The position numbers and the translations under genes were made by a program. Of a stretch of DNA of 64,000 nt, positions 37,884 to 47,191 are shown one piece after another. Below the pieces are notes generated by a model. The model was not told the DNA's origin and ran no database searches. It saw only the letters and a list, made by a program, of their open reading frames with translations. Origin of the DNA: a virus; IMG/VR virus record IMGVR_UViG_3300046820_000903, positions 1-64,000 of that record; one strand, 5' to 3'. The number at the start of each line of letters is the position of its first letter. The first letter of the stretch is position 1.

Positions 37884-39436
37884 TCCAAGTCCTCTTCAAG
37901 TTCCATTAACTTTTCATTGTCTAAACTTGCCATGTCATCTTCTTCTGGAAGCTCATCAACTGTGTCAAACAAGTCTTTACCTTTTGCGGCATTAGCGGCG
38001 TCAACACCACCAAAGCTAATGGAGTTTAAGAACGTTGTATTATCAACAATCATTTGACGAGCTTCTGCCATAGTAGTTGCAGGATCAAATAGAACTTCTA
38101 CAAAGTTGTTAAAGTACAAGATGTCATTTGGAATAAACTCACTTAACTGTGGAGCCTTCTTGCCAAACCCAACTGCATCTTTATAACTTACTTTGGTCCG
38201 CTCGTATTCAATATCTGCTACTCGCAATGTTTCTTGCACCGCTTGTATATGATTATACACGTTATGTGCCATGATGAGCAAGTAGGACATGGTATCCCAA
38301 CTAGTCTTTCCAACCTTACCTGTCTTGTTGGCATCGTTTGGACCAAGATAACAAATGTCGCCTGCTACCAGCCGTTCCATAATAGGACCTTGATGAGGCA
38401 TAGCCAGCTTTGAACCTTTGAGCCGCTTGTCGTCAACACTCTTGCCCATAGAATATGTTAGCTTCTGTGGAGTAAAGTAATTGTAATTGTAACTCAATGC
38501 ATAGCCACCAGCCGCAACAAACGGACTTGCCGCATCAAAGCTAATGTTGATGTTAGGATTGTGATGCTTTTGTAATTGGCGCTTGATAGAAGTCAAGTAG
38601 CAGGCCCACTTTAGACGACCAATGCCTAGGAAGTGAATCCAGTCCTTATCTGCAATAAGACCATCTTCAATCAAGTCAAGCATACGATTTAATACTGAGG
38701 GCATGTGCTTCATATTGATACCAGCAAACGCCCAACCTTCAAGTGTACGATCTTCGGTATAGCCTAACTCAACTACACTGGACTTTTTACTAAAGTGTTT
38801 GATTGTGTCGTACCACAGCTTGGAGTTATCTGGTGTGCTACCAGAGATAACGTTTAGAAACTTTGTAGCACCTGGTACACGATGCTTCATAAAGTAATGA
38901 AGGTTATGTACTGAAATATCAAGTGTATCTTCAAACTTGGTTAAACCAGTCTTAGCACTCAGCGGAGGTACTGCGGCAAACGCAGGAACGTCAAGTGTCA
39001 TTGACCAATCTGAAGTATGTTCTAAGTAGCGTAGAATTTCTTCGCGGAACTTGTCACCTTCCGCACCTTTGATGTTCTTCCAATCCATCTTGATAACACC
39101 AGTTGCCAATTGGAAACCAGAGCTATCACCTACAATTGTTGTTCGGCTACGATCACGCTTGTGAATCATTGGCTCTTTGTCATCACAACGAGTCAAGTTG
39201 CGATCAGCATGGCCTGCTGAATATAGCGCAACGCCATAGTGATAGTACGAGTCTTCTGTCTTAAGAAAGTTTACACCTTCCAAGCCGTGTTCAAAACCTG
39301 CAGGGACACGACCAGCAGGTACAAATGTTGGATCACTGGCAACCTTACCAAGTTGTTTGGTATAGAAGCCACTAATGGCTGGGAGATAAAAGGCATAGTT
39401 GCCTTCTACTGCCCTTTTGGTCATGTCAATAGTCAT
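37880..39436 (-). CDS. dpdA: tRNA-guanine-transglycosylase-like protein, probably a DNA 7-deazaguanine transglycosylase (DpdA family)
   Basis: GDSSGFQ, MTLDVP, IHFLG, SFDAASPF, HN motifs; lies next to the clamp and DNA polymerase, with folE, queE and a QueD-like gene in the same region. Confidence 0.75.
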   Translation of the reverse strand: MTIDMTKRAVEGNYAFYLPAISGFYTKQLGKVASDPTFVPAGRVPAGFEHGLEGVNFLKTEDSYYHYGVALYSAGHADRNLTRCDDKEPMIHKRDRSRTTIVGDSSGFQLATGVIKMDWKNIKGAEGDKFREEILRYLEHTSDWSMTLDVPAFAAVPPLSAKTGLTKFEDTLDISVHNLHYFMKHRVPGATKFLNVISGSTPDNSKLWYDTIKHFSKKSSVVELGYTEDRTLEGWAFAGINMKHMPSVLNRMLDLIEDGLIADKDWIHFLGIGRLKWACYLTSIKRQLQKHHNPNINISFDAASPFVAAGGYALSYNYNYFTPQKLTYSMGKSVDDKRLKGSKLAMPHQGPIMERLVAGDICYLGPNDANKTGKVGKTSWDTMSYLLIMAHNVYNHIQAVQETLRVADIEYERTKVSYKDAVGFGKKAPQLSEFIPNDILYFNNFVEVLFDPATTMAEARQMIVDNTTFLNSISFGGVDAANAAKGKDLFDTVDELPEEDDMASLDNEKLMELEEDLE

Positions 39437-39438
39437 GT

Positions 39439-40158
39439 TTAGTTTTGTGCGCCAGCAATATATTGATAAGCAATAAGACCGCTATTAAATTCAACCCGAG
39501 CGGCTTTCTCGCTAATGCTTAGAATAGGAGTACCTTGGCTACATTGTTTAAATGCTGTCATCATAGCTTGAATAGATAAAGCTACTGGACGCTTTAGTGT
39601 TTGTGTAGTGTCAGCAAAGGTAAACTTACCACCGTGACCACCACCTTGTCCACTACCAAATGTAAAGATCAACTTGCCGTTCTCTGTACTTGCAATAAAG
39701 TTTGGATCAATAGTAGCATACAATGTACCACGTGCCAACAATTCACTAATCTTGTTAGCTTGAGGCTGAACAACCACTTCCCAAGTTGTACCTTTAAATG
39801 TACGGCTCTTGGTTTTCATCAAGTTAGTGGGAGTCAATCGATACTCGTCCTTGTTATTGTCTTTGTTTGTAAAGACCAAACGATCTTTCTCGCTGTTTTT
39901 GTCTGTGCCAACATCTGCTGTGCTGTCTTCTGACTTGTACAAGTTTGTTAAGCCAATAAAGAAGCCCAAGTTCATCATACCGAAGTTATCTGGTAACTCT
40001 GCTACCTTATCCTTGCTGTTGGCAAGTACAGTAAGCAAGCTACCTTCTGGGTATGCTGTAAATTTTGTAGAGTCTGTTTCTTGTTCAACTAAGATCTCTT
40101 CAAAGAGGCCCAAGCTGGCGATGTTTTTTGCTACATCAAGCGCGATATCTTTTAACAT
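39439..40158 (-). CDS. Putative DNA polymerase sliding clamp
   Basis: 239 aa, two-domain alpha/beta pattern, immediately downstream of the polymerase; largely positional inference. Confidence 0.5.
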   Translation of the reverse strand: MLKDIALDVAKNIASLGLFEEILVEQETDSTKFTAYPEGSLLTVLANSKDKVAELPDNFGMMNLGFFIGLTNLYKSEDSTADVGTDKNSEKDRLVFTNKDNNKDEYRLTPTNLMKTKSRTFKGTTWEVVVQPQANKISELLARGTLYATIDPNFIASTENGKLIFTFGSGQGGGHGGKFTFADTTQTLKRPVALSIQAMMTAFKQCSQGTPILSISEKAARVEFNSGLIAYQYIAGAQN

Positions 40159-40181
40159 TGTGATTCTCCTGTCATGTATTG

Positions 40182-40210
40182 ATTATATTTAGATTTAGGT
40201 TTAAAGTCAA
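40182..40210 (-). promoter_or_regulatory. Sigma70-like promoter driving the clamp-dpdA operon
   Basis: TTGACT-N17-TATAAT; AGGAG RBS. Confidence 0.8.
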
Positions 40211-40226
40211 GTTCCTGTTCACCGTT

Positions 40227-42875
40227 TTAGGAAAACAAGTCATCAATAAATCCTCGGTCCTTACTAAGGCTCAAGTCCCAGTGTAATACGCCGAGCAAGT
40301 TTTCAATCTTACTGTCAATGATAGTTTCCTCCATTGCTGTATGATCAAATGGCAATTGCTTAAACCAATCTGGGAGATTCATCTCGTCAATTGGATACGC
40401 AATACTGTTAATTTGCATTGGGTTGGACCTTAGCTTGCATACAATGGCCTTTTGACCATCTGTAATATCCATACTACGCCTATCTCCAAATGCTTCTTTG
40501 ATACGATTCCAGTTAATGGCCGCCATAGCATGTCCTACTCCGCATTTACCTGTTTTGACATAAACATCTGTATGCTTAGTTAGATTATTAACACGCTTGG
40601 GTGTGCCCTTTTCCCAACCAGGGCGGCTCTTAAACTCCTCACGGAACTGTTTAACACGAGCCATGACATCTTGTTCACTCTTACCTTCCAGAGTCATGGT
40701 AAGTGCTTCTTCCAAGAACCGTTGCATGAACTCTGGAGTATCGGCTCGCTTCATGTCAAGCCCCATGGCTTTAAGCTCACCAGTGGCACCATCTTTATCT
40801 TTACGCTTGCCTTCCTTATCATAGATAAGAACAGCATAACGCTTCTTGGTCATGTAAATGCCTTTACTTGCAACTACTTCTCGACCAGCTTTGATAATCT
40901 CACCTTGGCTAGCAGGAGCATTGAACGCATAGTTCATAAACGCAGAGAAGGTATCGTTTACCTGCTCACTAATAGCATCGTACAACTCGATAATCTTTTC
41001 TCTGCTCCAATCAATCTCATCACGTTCAATTTGTTCTTTAAAGATTGGATATGCAGAGAAGTAAACAGAGTCAGTGTCACCATAGATAATTGCCTTGCCC
41101 ATATGATCCTTCTCACCTGTCAAGCAATCGTTAACAGCACCTGCCATGTGTCTAGCAACTAAGCGTCCACATAGTGTAGTTGATTGACCTAAGCGTTGAT
41201 CAAAGAATCGACTACCAGCGTTCAACAACGCACCGTAAGCAGAGTTCAAGTTAATCTTCTTAACCAGCTGTCGCTTGTCCCAGAAGTCAAACATATCTGT
41301 TCCGTAAGCTTCTTTGGCTTTTGCCTGTAGTTCTTTACGTTCAGCATACCAACGCTCTAGTAGACCTGGGATAACACCTTTACTGGCATAGCTAAAGATT
41401 GTACCGTTGCCACTGATCATCAATGGCTTACCACCATGGAATACAAAGTCGTATACTTCTGCGCTTGACATTTCACTGCTGGTACCATCTGCCCAATCAA
41501 CAATTTCTGTTTGCCCAATGTCTCGTTTCATCACAGATTCATATTCAAAGCAAGCAAACTTGCCCTCCCAAAACTCTGCAATGCCTTTGCCATTTGCAAT
41601 AAATTCGTCAATGCCGGCAAGTGTGCGTGATTGTCGTACTTGACCAATGATAGTCTCGGGACTCATATTAAGCGCACGGATCAGACTTGGATACAGACTG
41701 TTAATGTCCATACTGCCAATCCACTCATGCATGCCTGCTTTAGGTACAGCAACATAAGCACCTGCCGCGGCATTGTCTTTTGCATCATTACTGCGCCTTG
41801 GGCGGTCTGGAACCACCATGCCTAGTCTATGTGCTTCATTGATAACAGCTTGATCGGTAACTGCCACTGCACCTAGTGTAGCCCGAAGTCCTACACAGTT
41901 GGCATGACTAATCAAATTGGTAAGCTCAATGAACTTTAACTTGTCATCTAGTTTCTTCAACAACAGTACGTCTTGCCTGTTGTAGGCAATGAACTTTTCC
42001 CAGTCGTTGTTGTATAACTGATCCAGTGTGCCTTCATATGGAATCTTATTCTCACCAAGTTCATACTCACCAATGGCATCCAAGCGATAAGTGTGCATCT
42101 CATGATAGTTGTATTTTCGATACAGTTCAAGATAGTCCAGGTGAACACGACCAATAGGATCGTATGTTTCTAGTGTCTTGCCATACTTTTCAAACTCACG
42201 CTTCTTGGGGAATTGGTTCCATAGACAAATCCTTCGAGTGTGTTCTTTGCCTAGTATGCGTGTGATGCGATTGGTAGTGTAAGGAATATCAAAGCCTTCA
42301 CTGTTCCAGCCACTCAGTACATCTGCATCATCTATCAGATCCAGAAACATTTCCAACATTTCTTTTTCGTCTGCACACAAGATTGTGTCATCAAACTTTG
42401 ATACAATGTCTTTGGCAATGTTATCTGCCATTGCTTCGGGTTTAAGAACTAATGTAATAGTCCTATTAATCCATTGCAAGTGCGTGGTGATAGCAGTAAT
42501 GTAATTGAAAGGATCATCTGGCGGCGCAAAGCCTTTTACCTTGTCGTATGATACCTCAATGTCAAAAAACGCTACATGAAGGTTAGGAGCATCCATACCG
42601 CTATACACTTCTTCCAAGCAACGATTAAGCGGCTTGTAATCGCTTTCACACAGCTTTTTGTTATTGTGTATGCGCCTCTCTTTGTCAAAAGCCGCGGCAT
42701 TGCTTAGTAGGATACGACTAACACGGTCACCGGCAATGTTAGTAAACTTGCCTTTGCTATCTGGGTAATACAGTACATACTTGGCTGGATACTCTTTGAG
42801 TACCCTCTTGCCATCTACACGTTCTACAACGTGGATGATTTCTTTTTTCTTATCGTGATATGCGTCTACAAACAT
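40227..42875 (-). CDS. Family B DNA polymerase
   Basis: Exo FFDIE, GWNSEGFDIPY, YNRQDV; pol motifs DINSLYPS, KINLNSAYG, YGDTDS, KKRY; no intein. Confidence 0.97.
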   Translation of the reverse strand: MFVDAYHDKKKEIIHVVERVDGKRVLKEYPAKYVLYYPDSKGKFTNIAGDRVSRILLSNAAAFDKERRIHNNKKLCESDYKPLNRCLEEVYSGMDAPNLHVAFFDIEVSYDKVKGFAPPDDPFNYITAITTHLQWINRTITLVLKPEAMADNIAKDIVSKFDDTILCADEKEMLEMFLDLIDDADVLSGWNSEGFDIPYTTNRITRILGKEHTRRICLWNQFPKKREFEKYGKTLETYDPIGRVHLDYLELYRKYNYHEMHTYRLDAIGEYELGENKIPYEGTLDQLYNNDWEKFIAYNRQDVLLLKKLDDKLKFIELTNLISHANCVGLRATLGAVAVTDQAVINEAHRLGMVVPDRPRRSNDAKDNAAAGAYVAVPKAGMHEWIGSMDINSLYPSLIRALNMSPETIIGQVRQSRTLAGIDEFIANGKGIAEFWEGKFACFEYESVMKRDIGQTEIVDWADGTSSEMSSAEVYDFVFHGGKPLMISGNGTIFSYASKGVIPGLLERWYAERKELQAKAKEAYGTDMFDFWDKRQLVKKINLNSAYGALLNAGSRFFDQRLGQSTTLCGRLVARHMAGAVNDCLTGEKDHMGKAIIYGDTDSVYFSAYPIFKEQIERDEIDWSREKIIELYDAISEQVNDTFSAFMNYAFNAPASQGEIIKAGREVVASKGIYMTKKRYAVLIYDKEGKRKDKDGATGELKAMGLDMKRADTPEFMQRFLEEALTMTLEGKSEQDVMARVKQFREEFKSRPGWEKGTPKRVNNLTKHTDVYVKTGKCGVGHAMAAINWNRIKEAFGDRRSMDITDGQKAIVCKLRSNPMQINSIAYPIDEMNLPDWFKQLPFDHTAMEETIIDSKIENLLGVLHWDLSLSKDRGFIDDLFS

Positions 42876-42892
42876 GTATTATGTATTTCTCT

Positions 42893-43285
42893 TTAATAGA
42901 AGTGTCTAGCCAGCGCATCACGCAACTTTTCTGACTCTACTTCAATCTCAAGTTCTTTGAGTGTGTTGGTCATCACATGCTCTAGGTCATCAAAGTCATA
43001 GATAGCATTATGCAGGCCCAAGAAGCCAGCATGTTGCGCGGCCGCATAAGCTTCCGGTCCCCATCCAAAGGTATCGTATAATACACCTCGGTAGCTACGC
43101 TTTTCATCAAGTTCACCTTTACACAGCTTTTCAACCACAGCACAGAATGCCCATAGCTGTTCCTCGGGTTCAAGACTTGAGAAGTACGAATTGGCCATTT
43201 GCTGCCAGCTGTCAGCTGCCTTGGCAAACTCTCTGCCAGACTCATGCAATGCATCCATTACTTCTTGTTTTTTAATTTCATCCAT
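42893..43285 (-). CDS. Hypothetical protein
   Basis: SYRGVLYDTFGWGPEAY; GGAG RBS. Confidence 0.75.
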   Translation of the reverse strand: MDEIKKQEVMDALHESGREFAKAADSWQQMANSYFSSLEPEEQLWAFCAVVEKLCKGELDEKRSYRGVLYDTFGWGPEAYAAAQHAGFLGLHNAIYDFDDLEHVMTNTLKELEIEVESEKLRDALARHFY

Positions 43286-43716
43286 TAATTCTCTCCAAAC
43301 AACTTATACATGAACCATTCTTCTTCTGGAATGATAGCAACGTTGAAACATTCTTTGATGTAGGTTTTCTTTTTAGGTGCGGCAAAACTTCGCTTGTGTT
43401 CCAGTGCAGGTACAAGCGCAACACGCTTTGCTGTAAAATGTTTAATACCACATACCATAATGCGGTTGTTGTCTACTGCTAATACAAACTGTCCAACTTG
43501 CAAAGACCTGCCAATAATATCTCTGTGGAATTCGTTTGGCTCAGCAACCACCGTTGGTACTTTGTGCTTTTTTGGCATGGAAGGCGGAGGGGTACCAACA
43601 GGTAGACAAGTCACTGGATTATAAGTACTACTCTTTCTCCCTTGCAGTGAAGGTGGTAAAGGGCGTGTTAAAGAAAGCCGTCTGCTGGGAAACTTTGAAA
43701 TGTTCTTGGTTGCCAT
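43285..43716 (-). CDS. Hypothetical protein
   Basis: Likely start MATKNIS with a GGAG RBS; DIIGRSLQVGQFV SH3/KOW-like segment. Confidence 0.65.
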   Translation of the reverse strand: MATKNISKFPSRRLSLTRPLPPSLQGRKSSTYNPVTCLPVGTPPPSMPKKHKVPTVVAEPNEFHRDIIGRSLQVGQFVLAVDNNRIMVCGIKHFTAKRVALVPALEHKRSFAAPKKKTYIKECFNVAIIPEEEWFMYKLFGEN

Positions 43717-43740
43717 ACAATCTCCAATTGTAAAAGTACT

Positions 43741-43769
43741 AGTATAGCATATAGTTAAACGCAAGTCAA
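43741..43769 (-). promoter_or_regulatory. Sigma70-like promoter upstream of the polymerase operon
   Basis: TTGACT-N17-TATACT with extended -10 TG. Confidence 0.75.
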
Positions 43770-44009
43770 CGCAAATAACGCCGCTTCCTCGTCGCATTCA
43801 AATTGAATAAACTTCTCTCTTAGATAACCAGGGCTATGGTAGTATGGATGCTTACAGTTTGCTTTCAGCCACTCGTCTACCAAATGATCCTTATAACTGC
43901 GTTGGTATAGTGCCTGTACACCGTCAACAGTTTTTGCATAAACTACTTTGTGCAAGACAGGAAAGTTAATGCCAGGCCATGCTTCATTGGTTTTATAAGT
44001 TACTGTCAT
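43755..44009 (-). CDS. Small paralog-array protein 8
   Basis: VDEWLKANC...FECDEEAALFALTCV. Confidence 0.7.
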   Translation of the reverse strand: MTVTYKTNEAWPGINFPVLHKVVYAKTVDGVQALYQRSYKDHLVDEWLKANCKHPYYHSPGYLREKFIQFECDEEAALFALTCV

Positions 44010-44263
44010 GACCACCTCAGTATAAAATACATAAGGTCGTCTTTATTCCTAAACCAAAACTTAGCATTGTTAACATACCAACGCATACCCGGTGTCCATA
44101 CTCCATCAGCAGAGCTTGGCCCGTATGTTTCCACGCACCAAGCTACCATATCATACCATCTATCTACTCCGGCCTGGGTATGGTACAAATCCCATGATGG
44201 TACAGGCTGTACAGTGTAGTAACGTGCGCCGTAAACACGGCCCTCATCTTGAGTTAACCCCAT
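44006..44263 (-). CDS. Small paralog-array protein 7
   Basis: MVAWCVETYG...FRNKDDLMYFILRWS. Confidence 0.75.
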   Translation of the reverse strand: MGLTQDEGRVYGARYYTVQPVPSWDLYHTQAGVDRWYDMVAWCVETYGPSSADGVWTPGMRWYVNNAKFWFRNKDDLMYFILRWS

Positions 44264-44529
44264 GTTAGTTTAAATAGTGCCGCTTCTTCTCTGCTTTCAA
44301 AAACAAATATTCTTCCGCAATGTTTCCATTCACATTTACATTCATTATGCAACCAGTTGGTTATATCGATTGCACGTTTATTTGGACGTAGTGCTTCAAA
44401 CTCAACTTTAACCCAACCTATGTCTACAAGCAGGCTACACATGACACCAAAGTCAATATCTTCAGCAATTTGTCGGCCTGCTCGTTCAATTATTTGATCT
44501 TGCAGTACTTGCGTCGCGGTCTTATTCAT
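44254..44529 (-). CDS. Small paralog-array protein 6
   Basis: ITNWLHNEC...FESREEAALFKLTWG. Confidence 0.75.
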   Translation of the reverse strand: MNKTATQVLQDQIIERAGRQIAEDIDFGVMCSLLVDIGWVKVEFEALRPNKRAIDITNWLHNECKCEWKHCGRIFVFESREEAALFKLTWG

Positions 44530-44794
44530 GTCCCCACCTTAGTTTAGTCATAGTAAACATCTCTTGCGATACATCAAAGGTATTACGGTAAATCATCCAT
44601 CTACCGTCGATATGACTATACCACTCACTGCCCTCTACACCGTTTTCTCGAATCCACATGGAAACTTCTTTGCGGCATGCAATAGTGTACCAAGGCACAC
44701 CATCAACCTCAGCAGTTGTTAGCACTTCAAACGGTGGCTCTGGATAAACCACATGGGTCCATTGTTGTTGAACGGCAGTTTTAACTACTGGCAT
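44522..44794 (-). CDS. Small paralog-array protein 5
   Basis: VSMWIRENG...DVSQEMFTMTKLRWG. Confidence 0.7.
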   Translation of the reverse strand: MPVVKTAVQQQWTHVVYPEPPFEVLTTAEVDGVPWYTIACRKEVSMWIRENGVEGSEWYSHIDGRWMIYRNTFDVSQEMFTMTKLRWGHE

Positions 44795-45011
44795 TGGACC
44801 ACCTTAATATAAACAAAGCACGTTCCTCTGGATCTTTTACTCGCCATAAGTCATGCCCCATAACACCGTAAAGCTCACCATGAACATTGACTTCTTGGCT
44901 TTTGCACCAATTCCAAACTTGTTCGCGCAACTTAACTGGCAATAGCACATCACGATTGTCGCCTACAATAGACAAGCCATCTTTGCTTGTTAAAAATGTT
45001 TTGACACTCAT
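44781..45011 (-). CDS. Small paralog-array protein 4
   Basis: VWNWCKSQ...VKDPEERALFILRWS. Confidence 0.7.
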   Translation of the reverse strand: MSVKTFLTSKDGLSIVGDNRDVLLPVKLREQVWNWCKSQEVNVHGELYGVMGHDLWRVKDPEERALFILRWSNASS

Positions 45012-45289
45012 TAGGACCACCTAAGGTTGTAAATCATTATAAACTGATTGGCTTCTTCTGCAGATTTAAACTTCCATGTATCGTAGCTGATTCTGCGAGC
45101 ATTAGAGTTTTCCTGTACCCATTCTAATACTTTTTCAATCTCATCTGGGTCAACTGTAGTTCCAAAGAACTTGTCAGACTTATGTTCGGGGTTTTCATTC
45201 AGCTGAACAGTATGTCCCCATACTCCTTGCCAGCAATATTGAGCCTTGTACCACTTCACTGTATGCTTCCGCCCCATACCAAATGACAA
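45011..45289 (-). CDS. Small paralog-array protein 3
   Basis: VLEWVQEN...FKSAEEANQFIMIYNLRWS; start uncertain. Confidence 0.7.
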   Translation of the reverse strand: MSFGMGRKHTVKWYKAQYCWQGVWGHTVQLNENPEHKSDKFFGTTVDPDEIEKVLEWVQENSNARRISYDTWKFKSAEEANQFIMIYNLRWS

Positions 45290-45522
45290 TACATTACATC
45301 TTCCTTGTTACTAAAAGTAACTTCAGTGATAGTATCCCATTTGCTACTGTTTACATCACTAACATCTGTAGTATTCATGATCCACTTATCGTCATCGCCA
45401 TGATACATTTCAAAGTAAGCAAATTCTGCTTTGGTTGTCATAACAAGCGGGCTAATGTTTTCACATAACCAATTCAGCAAAGCTTCTTCGTTTGCATCAC
45501 CTATGTAGATACGGGTTTTCAT
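45256..45522 (-). CDS. Small paralog-array protein 2
   Basis: LLNWLCENI...FSNKEDVMYCHLVWG. Confidence 0.7.
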   Translation of the reverse strand: MKTRIYIGDANEEALLNWLCENISPLVMTTKAEFAYFEMYHGDDDKWIMNTTDVSDVNSSKWDTITEVTFSNKEDVMYCHLVWGGSIQ

Positions 45523-45812
45523 TAGATGTTAAAGTTTAACATAAAGTATGCGGCTTCGTCTTTGTCCTTGATATGTACAGTAATCATCGGATCACCTGAA
45601 TTGAATCTAGGAGTACAGTCGGCTGTTGGACAATGTTGTTGCATCCACTTAATAAACTCATGCTGGTCTTTGCAGTAGGCCCAGCAATGCCAGCCTACAA
45701 TTTCTTCAAGAAACTCTCTTTTTGGGGCTCTTGGATCTTTGAGAAGAAAGTCTGGTATATTGTGCCAACCATCCTCACGGCGCCAGTGATGTATTGTGAC
45801 TGCTTGTTCCAT
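45522..45812 (-). CDS. Small paralog-array protein 1
   Basis: FIKWMQQHC...IKDKDEAAYFMLNF. Confidence 0.7.
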   Translation of the reverse strand: MEQAVTIHHWRREDGWHNIPDFLLKDPRAPKREFLEEIVGWHCWAYCKDQHEFIKWMQQHCPTADCTPRFNSGDPMITVHIKDKDEAAYFMLNFNI

Positions 45813-45813
45813 G

Positions 45814-46101
45814 TCATAACATTCTAATTAGGCCTATGGTGTCAATTGTGGTCAACAAAATATAGTTAGCGAGCATGCCAAAAGATTTCCTAGTCCAACT
45901 AGCCCAAGCATACATAGCACAGCCAAGGATCCAAATAGGATAAAGAGTAAGAAGCGGAGGCGTGGGGACTGTGAGTGCCATAGTAATACTGCAACCAATG
46001 CTGATAGCCCAAGCAAGCAACTCAACAACAAACCGAATTCGGTTAGACTTAAAGTCATCCTGGATCCAATCTATCGTTGGCCTAACAAATACATCTAACA
46101 T
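45814..46101 (-). CDS. Small three-helix membrane protein
   Basis: Three hydrophobic segments in 95 aa. Confidence 0.7.
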   Translation of the reverse strand: MLDVFVRPTIDWIQDDFKSNRIRFVVELLAWAISIGCSITMALTVPTPPLLTLYPIWILGCAMYAWASWTRKSFGMLANYILLTTIDTIGLIRML

Positions 46102-46352
46102 TACACTTTGTTTTTAGTAACGATTAGAATTTCTTCGACAGCATCCAAATCACTCTGGTCCTTGTCAAAGTCACCTTTAAAAGCTTTGGTGATAGCTTTT
46201 GTCAAGACTGCGGGCTTGATTTCCATTTCTTCGGCAATTGCCGCAACTGTTTCTTTCAGGCCCACATTAAGGTCGTCAATTTCACGTTTGACTTGAACGC
46301 CTTCTTGGATCACTTTAGTCAGTTTGGCAATTTGTTCGGGGGTAAAGCTCAT
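46101..46352 (-). CDS. T4 DsbA/GapR-like dsDNA-binding protein
   Basis: Helical pattern ...EIDDLNVGLKETVAAIAEEMEIKPAVLTKAI; AGGAG RBS. Confidence 0.6.
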   Translation of the reverse strand: MSFTPEQIAKLTKVIQEGVQVKREIDDLNVGLKETVAAIAEEMEIKPAVLTKAITKAFKGDFDKDQSDLDAVEEILIVTKNKV

Positions 46353-46388
46353 TGTATATCTCCTGTAAATGAATATGTTACAGTAGTA

Positions 46389-46417
46389 AGTATAGCGGAT
46401 TAGCTTCGATAAGTCAA
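46389..46417 (-). promoter_or_regulatory. Sigma70-like promoter upstream of the DsbA-like gene and the small-ORF array
   Basis: TTGACT-N17-TATACT. Confidence 0.7.
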
Positions 46418-47191
46418 CTGATGATTGCGTCGGACTATATCATTTTCATCGCACACTGATCCATGTTGGATCTCCACAATCTTACAAGGACCACTAAAGG
46501 GATTGCTGATCCTGTGCCATTCACCCAATGGCACAACATAATGTTGACCTGCTGATATGGTCCTTGGTGGTAAATTGTAGCCACTGTGCATTTCACCGTA
46601 CACATCACACATGCCTGATACAATGTGCCAGTATTCGTGTCGAGACTCATGCTTTTGCATACTCAGGCTTTGACCGGGCTCAACCACCAGCTCTTTGACT
46701 TTTGTTGCCTGTCCATTGGTAGGATCATTGTATATGACCCGATATCCACCCCATGGCCGTTTTACAAATACACCTTTCCAATCACTTAGGAAATCACTGC
46801 TGGAACCGCGTTTATCTTCGCCACCAATGCCAAACTTAAAAATGATATCAGTCACAGCCATTTCTGGAATGTTGGTGGCTGTACGATCACCCCCATTGGC
46901 AAATATGATTTGATCGCTGGGGTATTCTTTTTTAACACGTTCCAATAAATCTGTAGCTGTATCGTCATTGTCATCCCAGCTCAAGACTTGATCCACTTGT
47001 TTTAAATTGCCAACAACTTCAGCACGATGATACCAGGGCATAAAGGCAGAACCTTTTTTACGTGCTAGCCAAACATCACTGTTGATGCCCACAACAAGAC
47101 AGTCGCCCAGCTCTGCGGCTGACTTTATCAATGAAATGTGGCCAGCATGAATAGGATCAAACCCGCCACTCACAACCACAACTCGCTTCAT
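46400..47191 (-). CDS. Cytidylyltransferase fused to a mannose-6-phosphate-isomerase-type cupin
   Basis: SGGFDPIHAGH, FANGGDR; C-terminal RPWG...SLSMQKH..RHEYW...EIQHG. Confidence 0.88.
   Translation of the reverse strand: MKRVVVVSGGFDPIHAGHISLIKSAAELGDCLVVGINSDVWLARKKGSAFMPWYHRAEVVGNLKQVDQVLSWDDNDDTATDLLERVKKEYPSDQIIFANGGDRTATNIPEMAVTDIIFKFGIGGEDKRGSSSDFLSDWKGVFVKRPWGGYRVIYNDPTNGQATKVKELVVEPGQSLSMQKHESRHEYWHIVSGMCDVYGEMHSGYNLPPRTISAGQHYVVPLGEWHRISNPFSGPCKIVEIQHGSVCDENDIVRRNHQLTYRS

Noticed and set aside
40227-42875. Intein or intron in the DNA polymerase
   Set aside because: 882 aa with normally spaced exo/pol motifs; no splicing or homing-endonuclease motifs seen.
43755-45812. Small-ORF array as a diversity-generating retroelement or integron
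   Set aside because: No reverse transcriptase, template/variable repeat pair, attC-like palindromes or integrase visible; the similarity is at protein level only.
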